Shown one piece after another: positions 40,188 to 53,106 of a DNA stretch of 64,000 bases (positions within the stretch are counted from its first letter, which is position 1; each line of letters begins with the position of its first letter). Made by a program: the position numbers and the translations under genes. Where the stretch lies: positions 22,114,299-22,178,298 of the forward strand of contig NC_134025.1 of NCBI RefSeq assembly GCF_964204645.1, given 5' to 3'. The DNA is from Tubulanus polymorphus. Taxonomy: Eukaryota; Animalia; Nemertea. The notes under the pieces were generated by a model. That model was not told the DNA's origin, ran no database searches, and was given only the letters and a program-made list of their open reading frames with translations.

Positions 40188-41416
40188 GATAATGTCAAAA
40201 ATGATGAAATTATACTCGGCTGTAAATAAGGACGGTGTGGATTTTTATCGATATAGCGGTACAGCAGTATACCTGTCAGTCTGACACTCCGTATCGGGCG
40301 AATGCCCACTTCATTTCTATTACTGTACATTACCTTCAATTGTTAAGTTCACTTAGCTCTAATACGACTAGTTTACCGTGTTTGACTTTCCTCCCTATTG
40401 GACACTTCACTCCACACTTCGTTAAGATAAAAAGCTCTTGATATCTTGGTCTTTATTTCAAAATAATTTCCACATACCCGAAAAGCTCTCGGTTCAAAGC
40501 TACAAATAGAAAACGACGATTGCCTGTCAGTTTTAATTGATATGGCTTTCATTTAAATTAAGCACAAATGAGTGCAACTGAGGATTTTATGGAGACTAGC
40601 GAATAAGAGTTGTTAGAGCCGTGTCGAGATGAACACTTTACCAGTTCTACATCAGGGCTACCGGTACTCCACTGCCATAATGGAAGTCCTTGTAGTCGCT
40701 GGTTGCGTTAAATTGTGACTTGTTGAGAATAAAGTGGAAGATAACTAACAGTTTCACAGAATCGTGATTACATTCGACAGATGTGGAGTGCGATATACCA
40801 AATGTTACCATATCATAACACTTAATTTGACTTGAATTATCGGTACGGAAGGACTAGCGCCTCTATTGTGCCACCATTTGTACAAGGCTGAAAGAGTAAC
40901 AATGACAAATCTCTTCGCCTTTTTTGCGATAAAAAGTCAAAATTATATTGTTTTATTGCATGATGATCTCAACTTGAACGTGGCTGTACACGGAGTGCCT
41001 TGTTGCATGCCAAAATACAACGTGTTGACGTCGATAAACTTTCATGACCATAACTTTGATTATGTTCCAGCACGTCAACCCGATCAGTGCTGGCAATCTT
41101 GTGTCCACGCATCCCTAACACCGTCTTAAAACATTTCGCGGGCGTTGCTTCCATTCTATTGCCTAATCTTTGTGGAACTCTATGGATTCAGAGATTCGAA
41201 AAATTGATGATCTGAACACGATTTAAACGCAGTCTGAAACATATGCTTTTCTGTATGAATCGTATGGCCTATAGATGCGGTTTTCACTAACCAAATGCTG
41301 CTGAACATTTTTTGAGTGATGATGCTATACAAATTTTCAGATTATCATTTTATCATAACTTAATGTTTCCCATGAAAATAGATGCGTAAATTAATTATAT
41401 AGCCAAAATATATCAA

Positions 41417-41518
41417 GGGCCAGTTCTACATTTAGAGTTGACTCTGAGTTGAAATTAGTTCATTTTCAATAAGTTAACTCTGAGTCAAATCGTAATTCAC
41501 AGCTGTGGAACTGGGTCC
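41417..41518. mobile_element. MITE related to family A
   Basis: Termini GGGCCAGTTCTA...TGGAACTGGGTCC; the internal GAGTTGACTCTGAGTTGAAATTAGTT recurs inverted at about 63497-63570. Confidence 0.6.
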
Positions 41519-42864
41519 AGAATAACTTATCTTTAAATCTCCTCTTTGGGGTTTCGGCCTATATGATAATGCGGAAGTGTGCGCGCGATAAAATCAGGAC
41601 TCTGGGTTCAAAACAGCAGAAATAACAGACCAAGTACGGCAAAGAACTTGAACTTGTATATTCAAGACGTAATTCTGCACCATTGACATAATCATTGGTT
41701 CAGTAATATTAGCTTTGCCAGTATACCAGCACTTACTATTTGTTTTATCTAATGGTTTATGTCACAATTACATTAGTAGAAGCGAAAGTGGAATCGATAG
41801 CATTGACAGTAAACCATGCTTCACACACAAGTGACATCCTATAGATAACTCGGGAACAATCAGTCGCGGAACATCGAGACAAAAGGCACGAGACAACAAA
41901 GTTAGCCCCGAAACAATGGCGCGATCATTGACAATATGTAGACGCATTGCAAATACACAACAAATGATGCGTTTATTAAGCGATATGAAAGATGAATATC
42001 GCGTTCCCACCAACTTCAGCGAGGCATTCCATTACTTTTACCTGCTATCAATATTTGATGCATGATCGCTCATAAAACCCGACAACAAAGTTAATGAGCG
42101 ACTTAATGAAGCAAATACGTTCGTGCTTCCGGTCAGTATCTGACCACTGGCATTGAGCCGGACAATGGCCGCGGTTATAATTTTCGCCGATCGTGCGCGA
42201 TATTTTGCCGCAGCAACAGGATATGTATAATATATTAACGTTATTATAGTTTCTTGCCGTAATCGACCGTGCGTTAAGTCTGTACACGCTTAAACATGTT
42301 GGAAGAGTTATTTTGAGCGCCTTGATTTTCTGCGTAAGAAAAGATCGATGTTCCCTTCCTTTCTATCATAAATAAGAAATCAAAAATATTTTTCAGCATT
42401 CGCACGCTTTGTCTGTTCTCTCCGTTTTAGAGAAGGAGGATTATCCGACGAAAAGACCAGAAAATAATGATTTCATGCATCGCAAACTAAATATTATTTC
42501 AACTTCGATTGATCCGGAAGTGAAATATGTGGCTTCTGGAAATCCTCTTTCAGTCGGGGTGATACTAAAAGCTGGCGGCTAATCCCTACTCGGACGAACT
42601 GACGTATAAACTAAACGGAAGATCAGGAGCGATGACATTAATCAAACGTACGATTCGGACTATAAGGAAGAAGATTAAAGTAATACGGGATTTGTTTTTC
42701 AGCGGCCGAACAAATCGACCGTTTTCTTTTTGAAGAGAAAAACTAAATGGGGATACGTCTCACTCCAGCCGTCGTGTCAAAATGAATAGTTGATTCTACA
42801 CTTATAGATTGAGAGCAGAGAAAAAAACTAAAAATCCATGGTTACGGGATATGTAGACTTTAGA

Positions 42865-43205
42865 GGGCCGGTTCCATGGTCAAGACCCAATACCAAAATT
42901 TGTCTTAAATCTTAAGACTGGTCTTAAGTTTATTAGATTGGCTATAAACTAAGTTGGTCTTAGAACGGTCTTAAGTCTAAGCCCTGACCATGGAACCGGC
43001 CCGGGGCCAGTTGCTTCGAAAGGGGTCTTAACTTCTAAGACTGTTCTAGGTCTAAGACAGGTTGGTCTAAGACAAGTTTTTAATATGAGCCATGACTATA
43101 GAACCGGCCCCACATGGCCCAGTTTTATAGACCGGTTTAACTCTGATAATCTGTGGTTGAATTAATCGCTAGACTAAAGATAAGACTGGCCTATAAAACT
43201 AGCCC
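42865..43205. mobile_element. Three abutting family-A-type MITEs (42865-43002, 43004-43110, 43116-43205)
   Basis: Each has GGGCC(G/A)GTT-type TIRs; the first closely matches 63269-63406. Confidence 0.8.
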
Positions 43206-46200
43206 GTGTCATATAGTTAATCGTTCTTTCGGAGAACAACACAGTAATAACTGTGGCTTCAAGGTATATGCTTCACCATATTTTCAATACTACTTTGAGT
43301 ACATTAGTGGCGAAAGAAAAGATGAAAGTATCCTCAACTATTTCAATGTGACGCCGTTGGCTTCATGTGAAAGGAAGAAAGTACGAGTCTTTATCAGGCA
43401 AAATGCGCCTAGAGCGGTCATGTAATGTACATTTGTTTTAACTTTAATGAGTTTGGCTGAATTTGGTTTCGGGCCATCGAATCACACGATGGTATCAATG
43501 ACGTCGGACAAAGCCGTTGTAATTGTTTAATGGATTCGAAATCTGATATTGCAATGCTTTTATTGGAAGTATCTTCACCCGAGCTGAGGTTAACAATAGA
43601 TAATGCTTCGACAACTTTTTGTCGTATAGATTTATCCAAACTTATCGACTGTACATTTTATTTACGTTCGCGAACGTTATAGGTATCTATTGTGCAATGT
43701 TTTCAATTAGTTTTAGATTGCAAGGCGTATGATGACGACAAAGGCGTGCGCCTGTCTCGGTAATGGACTGGCTTACTATCATAGGAAGATGAAGTGACCC
43801 TTGTTATTTGTGTGTAGGTCCACAGCCTGTCGTTTCAACCGGTTGCAATTTCGAGAAACCCCGTGCACGTTTCTTGTTCCACCAGAAGTGAAAACGATTG
43901 TCTTTTAATAAGTTTACCGCGACTAAACGTTTTAATATCCGCATTTCACCGCAGGCCGCGCCTTTAGTATTACACCCTTAGGCCTGGTCGAGTGTAAGTG
44001 ACCGCTCTCTCTCTCTTACGCGGGATGCTTCACCCTCGGGGATAATCTAGATGAATAAATCTCAGCGGTCATCGCACCAACTGCTTAAGGCGGCAATATT
44101 GCAGAACAATAACGTTGCAACTTAAAGTGATGTTGTCTTTCACACCCAACACTGCCATTAAACCAACTATCTCACACCGTCGTTAGCGTTTTACCAATAG
44201 CGTCCACGGTTTTACGTAACGCACGTTTTATCGCGCCGACGTCCAACACGTGTGCGACGCTAACGACGTTACGCTTAATAATAATAGGGCCAGAAGGAAT
44301 GCCGGGTGCGTTACGAGGTCTGGGCACCGCACGCAGATGTACAGAGGAGTTTCACAGATTACGCTCGCATAAAGACGATAACAATATCTGCACCACGCGA
44401 GACAATATTTATCATACGGTTAGCTTGTACCGGTCAAACGAATTGAAAAACACGTGTTTCGTGTATTGTGATTGCTCCCTGGAAAACACACGCATTTATC
44501 ACTGTTTTGAAAATAGTTATATCTGCTAGATTTATTAGTAAAAACATATTATATTCCATTGAACTAATTAAAAAGGAAGAAAATACTGTTGTTTTCTTGA
44601 TTTATAAGATATATACATATCATTCTCTATTGAATTCATCGAAAAAAAGAAGAAAATACTATTGTTGTTCTCGGGAACGATTGGAATTCAAGTGAGATGT
44701 ACAATACCGTAAAATGTGGGAAATGAAGGATAAAGTAGTCAGTCGTCAATCACACAAGCTGCAGCTCCTCCCAGAATCTGGGCGTGGTTTTCAGTTATAT
44801 TTCGCGACAGATGGCGTCGTGCAACGCGACACTTTCTGAGGGCGCCTCTAAACATGGCCATATGTTTTAAAGATCAAATCCTATTCCAACATTTGAATAT
44901 CAAAAACGGTAGGGAAACTAGATGGAGCGAAAGGTGTTGGGAATGATGACCAATAGTTCATATCTTATATGTATTCTGGTGACATTGAAAAAAGAAAAAG
45001 GATTTTTTAATATGAAGCAATTGTGTTACAGTCGTTGAAAGCTATACGTTGATCAAATAGAGTCGTTTCTTTTTCGATCGATCCAACAAGTCGTCTCTTA
45101 TCTTACAATTTAGTTTCCAACAATATCAACTAAAATCTCTATAAAGGAATTTTACCCTTTGGTGAACATGTTTATGCTGCACCCAATAGCCATTTCCACG
45201 TTTTTCGAGGCGCCTTCCTAAAAGTGACGTATTTCTTTAAACTACAATCGTGCCCGATTGTTGCAGCCGAGAAAAATGAAATAAACACCATTAGAAAATA
45301 CGAATTGTCACCTTTCTTACGATATATAGCTTGAATTTTTGTATCAAGGAGGGATGGACGACAATAAATTGAACTAAAGGTTTTACTGTAAAAATGTTGA
45401 AATCCGTGCAACAATTCGGGGACCGTGGGACTGCTTCAAAATGGCGCCTGGTAACTGGAAACTTCTCCATTGATTTCTCGCCGCAGCTTCACCGAAAAAT
45501 AACTAATCCAATGATCGAAGATATTCGATTAGTATCTCTAAAAAGGATTATCTGAGGGTTTATTTTTACAGTTTATACTGGTCCCAGGTATTCCCATGCG
45601 TGAACTAAACTCAAGCCAAAAATTAAAAAAAAGAAACTCTGATTTTTGAATGAATGAGCAATATCATCATTAAGATCTTTATTCGTCTATTCGTTCGACA
45701 TTCTGTTCTACATAATAACGCAAAAAGAGTCACATATATGGTGGTTGCGTTTATTTTTTCAGTAATCAATAACAAGATGAAGAAAATAGTTCAATATTGG
45801 CGGAAGGATAAACAGGAATAGAATGATATTTCTCATACGTCACAGAGGCACACACTTCTAAATAAACGGACTAGTTCTGTCAGTAGTAACATGACGCTTA
45901 AAGCACATTATCAGTTTACATGGACAACATAGCCAAACGTAAATTGAGAAATCATATTTCTAAGATTATATATTTTTGATAATGAAGATTTTAAAGCATT
46001 GAGTATTTGACAAACATTAAACAAGATCTTAACCCTATCTACACGGTCACAATCTAACCGGATTTGGTTCAGTACCAGCGTTATACTAAAGTCCGCGCAA
46101 GGCCCAGCCCGGGTGGCTTTTCAATCCGGGCTAAACTGCGGACGGTCAAGAATATCGATCCAGGTCAACTTAATAGGATTAAGAAACGACTATACCAACC

Positions 46201-46516
46201 CGTGATTTCAGGTTGACCGTTTTCGGAACGAATACATACAATCGTGCTTCGTTGAAAATAGGTACACGAGAACTGGAAACTATATAATATAGAGCTATAC
46301 AGTGACGAACTCATTTGGAGTCAGCGCCAAAATTCGTTAACACAATGATAATGCACTAGTCCTCAATATGCTTTTAATCACATAAAAGACAAAGCACAGA
46401 GATTGTATCACAGTACAGTGGAAATGTATGATATTATGTCATGTAAATGATTTAACAATTAAGAAATGACTACGTTACAAAAAAAAACATGGTTTACAGG
46501 CTTTTTTAAGTTGTAC

Positions 46517-46678
46517 ATTTTTCCTCTTTTTTGGGTTCGCACGCGCTTGGCGAGGTTCGATCTCCGAACTCGTACGAAAGCAACAGTAGTAGACCAATAG
46601 ACCAGTGGAACTAGTCCACTGACCAGTTATAGCACTTGGTCGTAGCACTGGGCGCCTCTAATTTCGGCTACCCCAGCC
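46517..46678 (-). mobile_element. tRNA-like element (SINE head or tRNA pseudogene)
   Basis: 5' end GGCTGGGGTAGCCGAAATTAGAGGCG (A-box/D-arm-like); T-arm-like GAGATCGAACCTC; A-rich tail; expanded middle region. Confidence 0.4.
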
Positions 46679-46787
46679 GATATGGTTCACGTGTGCTTTT
46701 CTAGTTGCCCATAGAGGCGGAGATCGCTTTGGGTTCAGCGTAACGATTAGGAAGTAAGTGTGACGAGATTTTCTGAGGCACTTTCTC

Positions 46788-46841
46788 GATCCTGGATCGA
46801 ACTCGGATCCTGGATCGAACTCGGATCCTGGATCGAACTCG
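46788..46841. repeat. 18-bp tandem repeat, three copies (GATCCTGGATCGAACTCG)
   Basis: Three exact adjacent copies with no spacers. Confidence 0.93.
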
Positions 46842-47048
46842 GGTATATAAGCAACTGAATTTAGTCCATTTGATCAGCATGGCAATACAGGTACCGGGTA
46901 ACATATATGCGTAACATACGCAACAAAACTCCACAACTGGAGATGACTCTCGGCTATAAATTAGTAATGTCATTTTGCATCTCCATGTATTAAGACATGA
47001 TTTTCACAAAGTTTATTTTTCTATGATTTGATGAGAATCAGCATATAA

Positions 47049-47268
47049 GGCTAAAAAAGATTGATACCTTGTTTCTCATATCTGCTGAAATTGACCCGAC
47101 CGGCCGCCTATCTACCCTGTACTCTAGTTTAATTAAAAAAGAAAATCATGATCAAGCTAACAATAACAGACCAGACAGCTATAGAAATGAACTGATTAAA
47201 AACTTGATTGCAATTCACAATAGTGACCTGGCCGATTATGAGAAACAAGGTCAAATTTTATTTTAGTC
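47049..47268. mobile_element. MITE family B (Harbinger-like, TAA TSD)
   Basis: TAA|GGCTAAAAAAGATTGATACCTTGTTTCTCATA...TATGAGAAACAAGGTCAAATTTTATTTTAGTC|TAA. Confidence 0.8.
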
Positions 47269-47448
47269 TAAACGATTTCGTATACACCTTGACAATATAC
47301 GCGCATTTAAAACAATCAGTTTTTCTCCTTGCGGTCGGAGGCGTGATTATCTTAAAACATTGGAAGCTCATTTTTGGTAGCGATTAGCTTATGACTAGTT
47401 CATTATTTACATTTGATTTTTTGGTGTTGCACTTTCGAGTCGGTATCT

Positions 47449-48123
47449 TTACGTTACGTTCACCGATGTTGATTTATTTTCGAGCGTTACTCGCGCCGTT
47501 TGTTTGAATCCGCTAGAACTAACGGCCGAATCGGTGTCGTCTGCCGACCCGTCGCCGATTACAGTAACTAGGTAATCGGAGAACGATACGCGACGCGGCG
47601 CCTTCTCGGGCAACTGCGTTATCAGCGTTCTGTAGGGATTACCGTTCGGCGTTTTTGACGCGCCGTTTTTCAGACACACCTTCGGCGAGTTCGAAGTCGG
47701 TTTCTCGCCGGTAGCGAAGAGACCCGCGCGTCGACCACTCGCTGAGGAGTCGGATAACTGTCGGCCGACGTCCGATAACGAACGGCCTTTTAAATGAAAC
47801 CCGTTTATAACTGGGCAACCGACACTTTTTCGTCGCTCTATATTGGGTCGCTCCGGCGGCGAGCTAGAAGACTCTTTATCCGATTGCGCGCGCGGTCGGA
47901 TTGGTAAATCAAGCGAACAACGCCTGTCGATCCGATGCCATTTGGTCATGTGCGGCGTAGGCGGCCGAGTGAGCATTTCCCTGCGATGGTTTAATTTTTT
48001 AGCGTCAGTTTGTTCGGTTGCAGTCAACTCGCGGAGTTCCGAGTCGCTCGATGACAAAGAACTGCTCGAATCTCGGCGTTTTAATTGCGGATCAAGTCTG
48101 AAGGTCACCGATCTTTCGGCCAT
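47449..48123 (-). CDS. Uncharacterised 224-aa Ser/Arg-rich, probably disordered protein; candidate PP1-interacting protein
   Basis: Long GC-rich ORF. Strong acceptor GTTTGTTTTTTATTACGTCTGCAG| (exon starts 48136), then Kozak-like AACATGG at 48123. Motifs RSVTF, RRVSF, RRDS, RRCS, RRKS, RPPTP. Confidence 0.75.
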   Translation of the reverse strand: MAERSVTFRLDPQLKRRDSSSSLSSSDSELRELTATEQTDAKKLNHRREMLTRPPTPHMTKWHRIDRRCSLDLPIRPRAQSDKESSSSPPERPNIERRKSVGCPVINGFHLKGRSLSDVGRQLSDSSASGRRAGLFATGEKPTSNSPKVCLKNGASKTPNGNPYRTLITQLPEKAPRRVSFSDYLVTVIGDGSADDTDSAVSSSGFKQTARVTLENKSTSVNVT

Positions 48124-48859
48124 GTTTAATGACTGTCTGCAGACGTAATAAAAAACAAACAAATGAATAAACGAGACAACTGATAAGTCCATGACTCATG
48201 AAATAAATAGATAAGCAGTGTGTATCTAGATTTGAAAAAAAATTCCTAAATTGACAGTGCAAATGAAATTTAGATTGTAAAAGAGTGGATTGATCACGTT
48301 ATTTCAAACAGATGCCAAAACGCCAATCTGGCCCCCTAAATTTGAAGGTTCCTAAGAATATCTACCCCCAACAAGTCCTAAATGACCTTTTTTCGATTAA
48401 AGTGAAAGAAAACTGAAGTGGTATTTTCTCGTGCAAAATGATGAAATTCTTCTTAAATTTTCAAAAAATATCCAACGCCCAGGGAACGCCGCAGCTTCTA
48501 TCGTCCTTACACAACATTTCATATAGGCTCTTTTTACTTCCCTGGACCCTCCCCCCTTCCCCATACAGAATCCATAATCCGCCCCTGATTTACATTCCAT
48601 ACATTTCATGTAAAAGATATGTTTTTTCTTAAACTTACGTCAGTATTCTATGTTTCGAGAGAACCATGTACCGTACAGTTGGGCGAAAAAAGCACGTAGA
48701 GAATAGTGTATATACTTCGGTCGTCAATAAATGTGCATCGGTCTAGTGTCAACAACGTACCCTGAAATTTAAACAACAAAATATTGAATGACGATTATAA
48801 TCCGTTGCTGGTCGCTATTGCGAAAAAACCATAATTAGCTATTTATATTTTAGACATTG

Positions 48860-49210
<351 letters not shown>

Positions 49211-49704
49211 TATGTCACATGGTGTAACCGTGTTTCGAGCGTGGCCCGACTTTGAAAAAAATCAGGATATCTTTTACAGAACTACGTATGTACATGTGAA
49301 TACATATATGTTTTTTGTTTTGTTTTTTGTTCTAAAGATTTACCTTCACCTGTCGTTTGAGAGTATAAATCACGCTTGCGAATGCCTGTTTACGATCCCT
49401 TGTCGAGATGTGTATATTGCTATCAATGCTTACATGTATATATGTATTATTACTCGTTACTCAAAAGGTTATGTCATTCTGTGCGCGCGGTGCGTACTGT
49501 TATCATAGGTTTGACGTAATTACAGACGCTATAGACAGTAAACATCCTAATAAGTATACAGCTGGTTTAGTGTTTTTCGCAAGCTCGTCGACGTTACTGT
49601 CCGAAATTGTCGCTTACCCTCTTCATTGCACCATTGGTCAGAACAAGTCTCCTATATGCTAAGTACCGTTTATGTTTATTTCAATCTTCATCATCAAATC
49701 GCGA

Positions 49705-49776
49705 AGATTGAAATAAATAGGACTAACTCTATATAGATTAAGATTGAAATAAATAGGACTAACTCTATATAGATTA
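49705..49776. repeat. 36-bp exact tandem duplication
   Basis: AGATTGAAATAAATAGGACTAACTCTATATAGATTA, two copies. Confidence 0.93.
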
Positions 49777-51100
49777 TTCGATCCTTTTATATCAATATTG
49801 CGTACATCCAAGCAGGTACACACCCAACACGATATCCAACACCGTGTACCGGGGCGAAGCGATATATCTCGTTTCTATGTGGTCAGGTTGAATTAGAAGG
49901 AATACGCGGCTATTTTATACGTTCAATTACTGTTGACATATCGGGTAAACTGATCGATGGACGGTCGATAAGACCAGATATGGCAAATCAATCACGTAAA
50001 TATATCAATCACTCGGTAGTGCATTGACGATGGGCAATATTCATGATACATTAGCACCGATTGTTTCTTTGACATGTCAAAGGTTGGATTTTGTTTTTAA
50101 AGCACGCAATGAAAAATTACACTCTTTGACTCGCGAATCGATTAAACACGAGCCCCAAAAATGCATTTTCAGATTTGTACTTTTTAGATTCGAGCGATTT
50201 CTGATCAATTACAAGCGAAGCTTTTGTATTCTAGTTATACGGTCTTCTTCAACGGGCTATTTACGTGGTGTAAAAAGTGCGCGTTCATTGTTTGAATACT
50301 TCATTACGACGAGTACCGTGAGACTTTCCGATCATTACGAACACAGTTATAAACGTAGATCTCAATGTATATATACAATGTTTTTTTTTCTAATCTGTCA
50401 TATCGACGGAAACCTGATCAAACCGACTTCGAATAGTAGAATTTGGCATATTACCAGCCGAATCAGACAAATGCGAGTTCTTTTTCCTTTGTAACCTCGT
50501 CAACGACAGTTAAATGAGGCCAGTGACACACAAAAATTTGTCAGCAAAATTCACTATTTGCCAATCTTCTCGTCAAGGCCATGCGCTTCGTTTAGGAGAA
50601 AAGTGCGGCAACGAAGTGAAGTTACCTTAACGAGATTTACTGCATTTGATGCGCAAAATGCAAGAGGTTATCACATTGCACTTTGAGGTGCATATACGAT
50701 GTACGTATACACACAATGTACTTAAAACTTCGCTCGAATGTACGAATTCCCCCTTTAGAAACAGAGCCAAGTATATCTTTTTCACTTCAACGTCGAGAGA
50801 ACCAAATTAAAACATATTTGATACCCAATAAATATGCGTATATGCTAGTAGATAATCTTCGGGCGCTCTGCATTTCACAATGAATTCAGATATTTTTATC
50901 AAAATATGGCATGTGCAATGGTACCTCAAAATAGTTATTTCGTAATCATTTTTTCTAATTCTCGATTCTATATATTTGCACCAAGGCGTTTAACCGAAAT
51001 TCATTCGGGCAAAAGAATCATTCATTGTTCTACTATATGAATAGCAATCTCAGGAACTGATATTTCTGAAGTTCGTAGAACGCAATATTTCATATTACTT

Positions 51101-51290
51101 ACCTGTTAAGTAAACTAAATACTCATGACTCTAAACGTCCATTCGGTATTAATTACGACATATATATATAAAGTGTCTGTCGTCTTATCGAGGAATCGAG
51201 ACTTACCGAAATAAGTCCGTTGAGCGTAGATAATAGTCACTTCGCTTATGAACCTGTGGTTCAACATGAGGCATCTATCTACACTGATAA
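51101..51290 (-). other. Candidate non-coding 5'-UTR exon(s) of the 48123-47449 gene
   Basis: Two strong donors, CAG|GTAAGT (exon end about 51103) and TCG|GTAAGT (exon end 51207); TATA-like run near 51170; Inr-like ATCAGT near 51288. Confidence 0.4.
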
Positions 51291-52862
51291 TAATTCATAT
51301 TTCCAAGTATTTCAACCCTTAACGAGTCAAGTATGTTCGAATATTATCCAATAATAACGCGCGCGTAAGTACCGTTTTAGCGTTCGGGTGCGCGTTGAAA
51401 GTGAACCCCTTTAAAAGAACGTTATCATCGGAATCAAATCGTCGGCCGATTTTTAACCTATCGACATCTGAATTAAAAAACAACAGAATCAAATCGGATC
51501 AATGTGTATATATTGTTGTTTTGTCGGCTAGCTCCGGGATCGGAAACACCGTAACAAGCGCAGTAACAGTAATCTAGTTTTTTTTACGGTCACACTCGTG
51601 CGATTTCACGGTGTGTTCAAGTTTTAGTCCAAATAAACACAACGATACAATGATCCGAGCAAACGATTATGTATCCGGTTTTGACACCGGTACAATCGGA
51701 CCTTTGAATCTGTCACATACGGAATCTAGGCGACTGTTAAAGTTTTAATTTTTTATCAGAAAAGAAATTCTGGAAAAAAAACATGGTAAAATTGTTCGGC
51801 GCAGTTATAGACCCTACCTTTAAGATTAAATATGTATATATTCATAACAGATCTGGCTATTGAATGAGCGCACTCGAGTCTGGATTGAAAAGTCAATGGG
51901 ATATTTTTCGTTCGGTAGAATTATATATCTATGTTCTCAAAATTGTTTTGCGAATGAAAAATTGTTTCAAAATTGAAAATTGTTTTCAGATACGTGTTAT
52001 TTGTTTATTCACCATTATTCAAAGACATTATAGATATACAACAATTCACTCGTATTATAAGTAATTTTTTTGGTAATATGTTTTGGTTCATATCTTGATT
52101 TTGTAATCAACAATATGCTATGCGTACCTGTAACACGGTCGTTCAAATGTCACATCCGGCAGTAACTTCAGATACTAATGAATTCCGGTTCCGAATTCCG
52201 CTATTGTCCTTTAATCGGAATCGGGGATTAAAAAAATCAGCCATTCAATTTGTAACTATACGCATAAGCAACAAGTATCTGAAAAAAATCGATAGAAAAC
52301 AATCCTGGGAGGTCGAGCGTCGCGAGTGTAGATACCGTCTGGACAACAGACCCTCTGGTAACGTATTTACTGATTTGTCTGAAGACACCTCGCCGATTAC
52401 ACGTAAACTTATTACCCCGGTAATGGCCTGTGTACATTTTCCTTTCATATGTGGCTTATAATGGTCAGCACCGGCGATATCAATGCATGCGATATATAAA
52501 TTTTATACGTCTGTAATTCTTATAACCCGTAAATACACGTGTGTGCTTAGTAATTCATTCGCTATATAAATAATAATATATATATATACACGATTGACAT
52601 TCAAATTCGTATTGAATATCGCGTATGATTAAGAATGCGATTTTTCGCCTTTAACTACCTCTTAATAGTGATAATAATAATCATTATAATTGAAGGCCAC
52701 CGGACGATAAATGATTTATGTATGGTCGTATAAACGTACTATCGAAGCAGTGGTATAACGGTTGGATAAATCTTCGAATCATAATTATGACGGGACTTAA
52801 GAGGAATCTGAAAACCACCAGATATAAGAACGATGACCGCAATTAATATCTACGTACACGGT

Positions 52863-52868
52863 TTTATT
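52863..52868 (-). terminator. Likely polyadenylation signal of TMEM216
   Basis: AATAAA on the minus strand about 240 nt after the stop codon. Confidence 0.45.
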
Positions 52869-53106
52869 ATAAAAATAACTGAATAATACATAATTTACAT
52901 ATACTTAATAACATCGGTAAAAAATGAGATATATTTCTTCTTCTAAATGGATGATTGATAATATTTCTAAGGCTCGTCAGTTTTGATTAGACAGTAAGGT
53001 TCATACTACTTCTTGGTAGCGATACTACAGGACAATGACAGTGTAGCATGAAAGGACTTTCGATGCAATTCTAGTAGCTTTTCCGTCTTGCGAACGCATT
53101 TCCGGT

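Noticed and set aside
46788-46841. Direct repeats as a possible CRISPR array
   Set aside because: Repeats are contiguous with no spacers, the context is eukaryotic, and no cas genes are present.
48124-48192. N-terminal hydrophobic stretch MDLSVVSFIHLFVFYYVC as a signal peptide
   Set aside because: It is the translated polypyrimidine tract and acceptor; the real start is more likely the ATG at 48123.
50024-50494. 156-aa plus-strand ORF
   Set aside because: AT-rich and non-coding-like in composition, no domain or exon signals; probably within an intron of the minus-strand gene.
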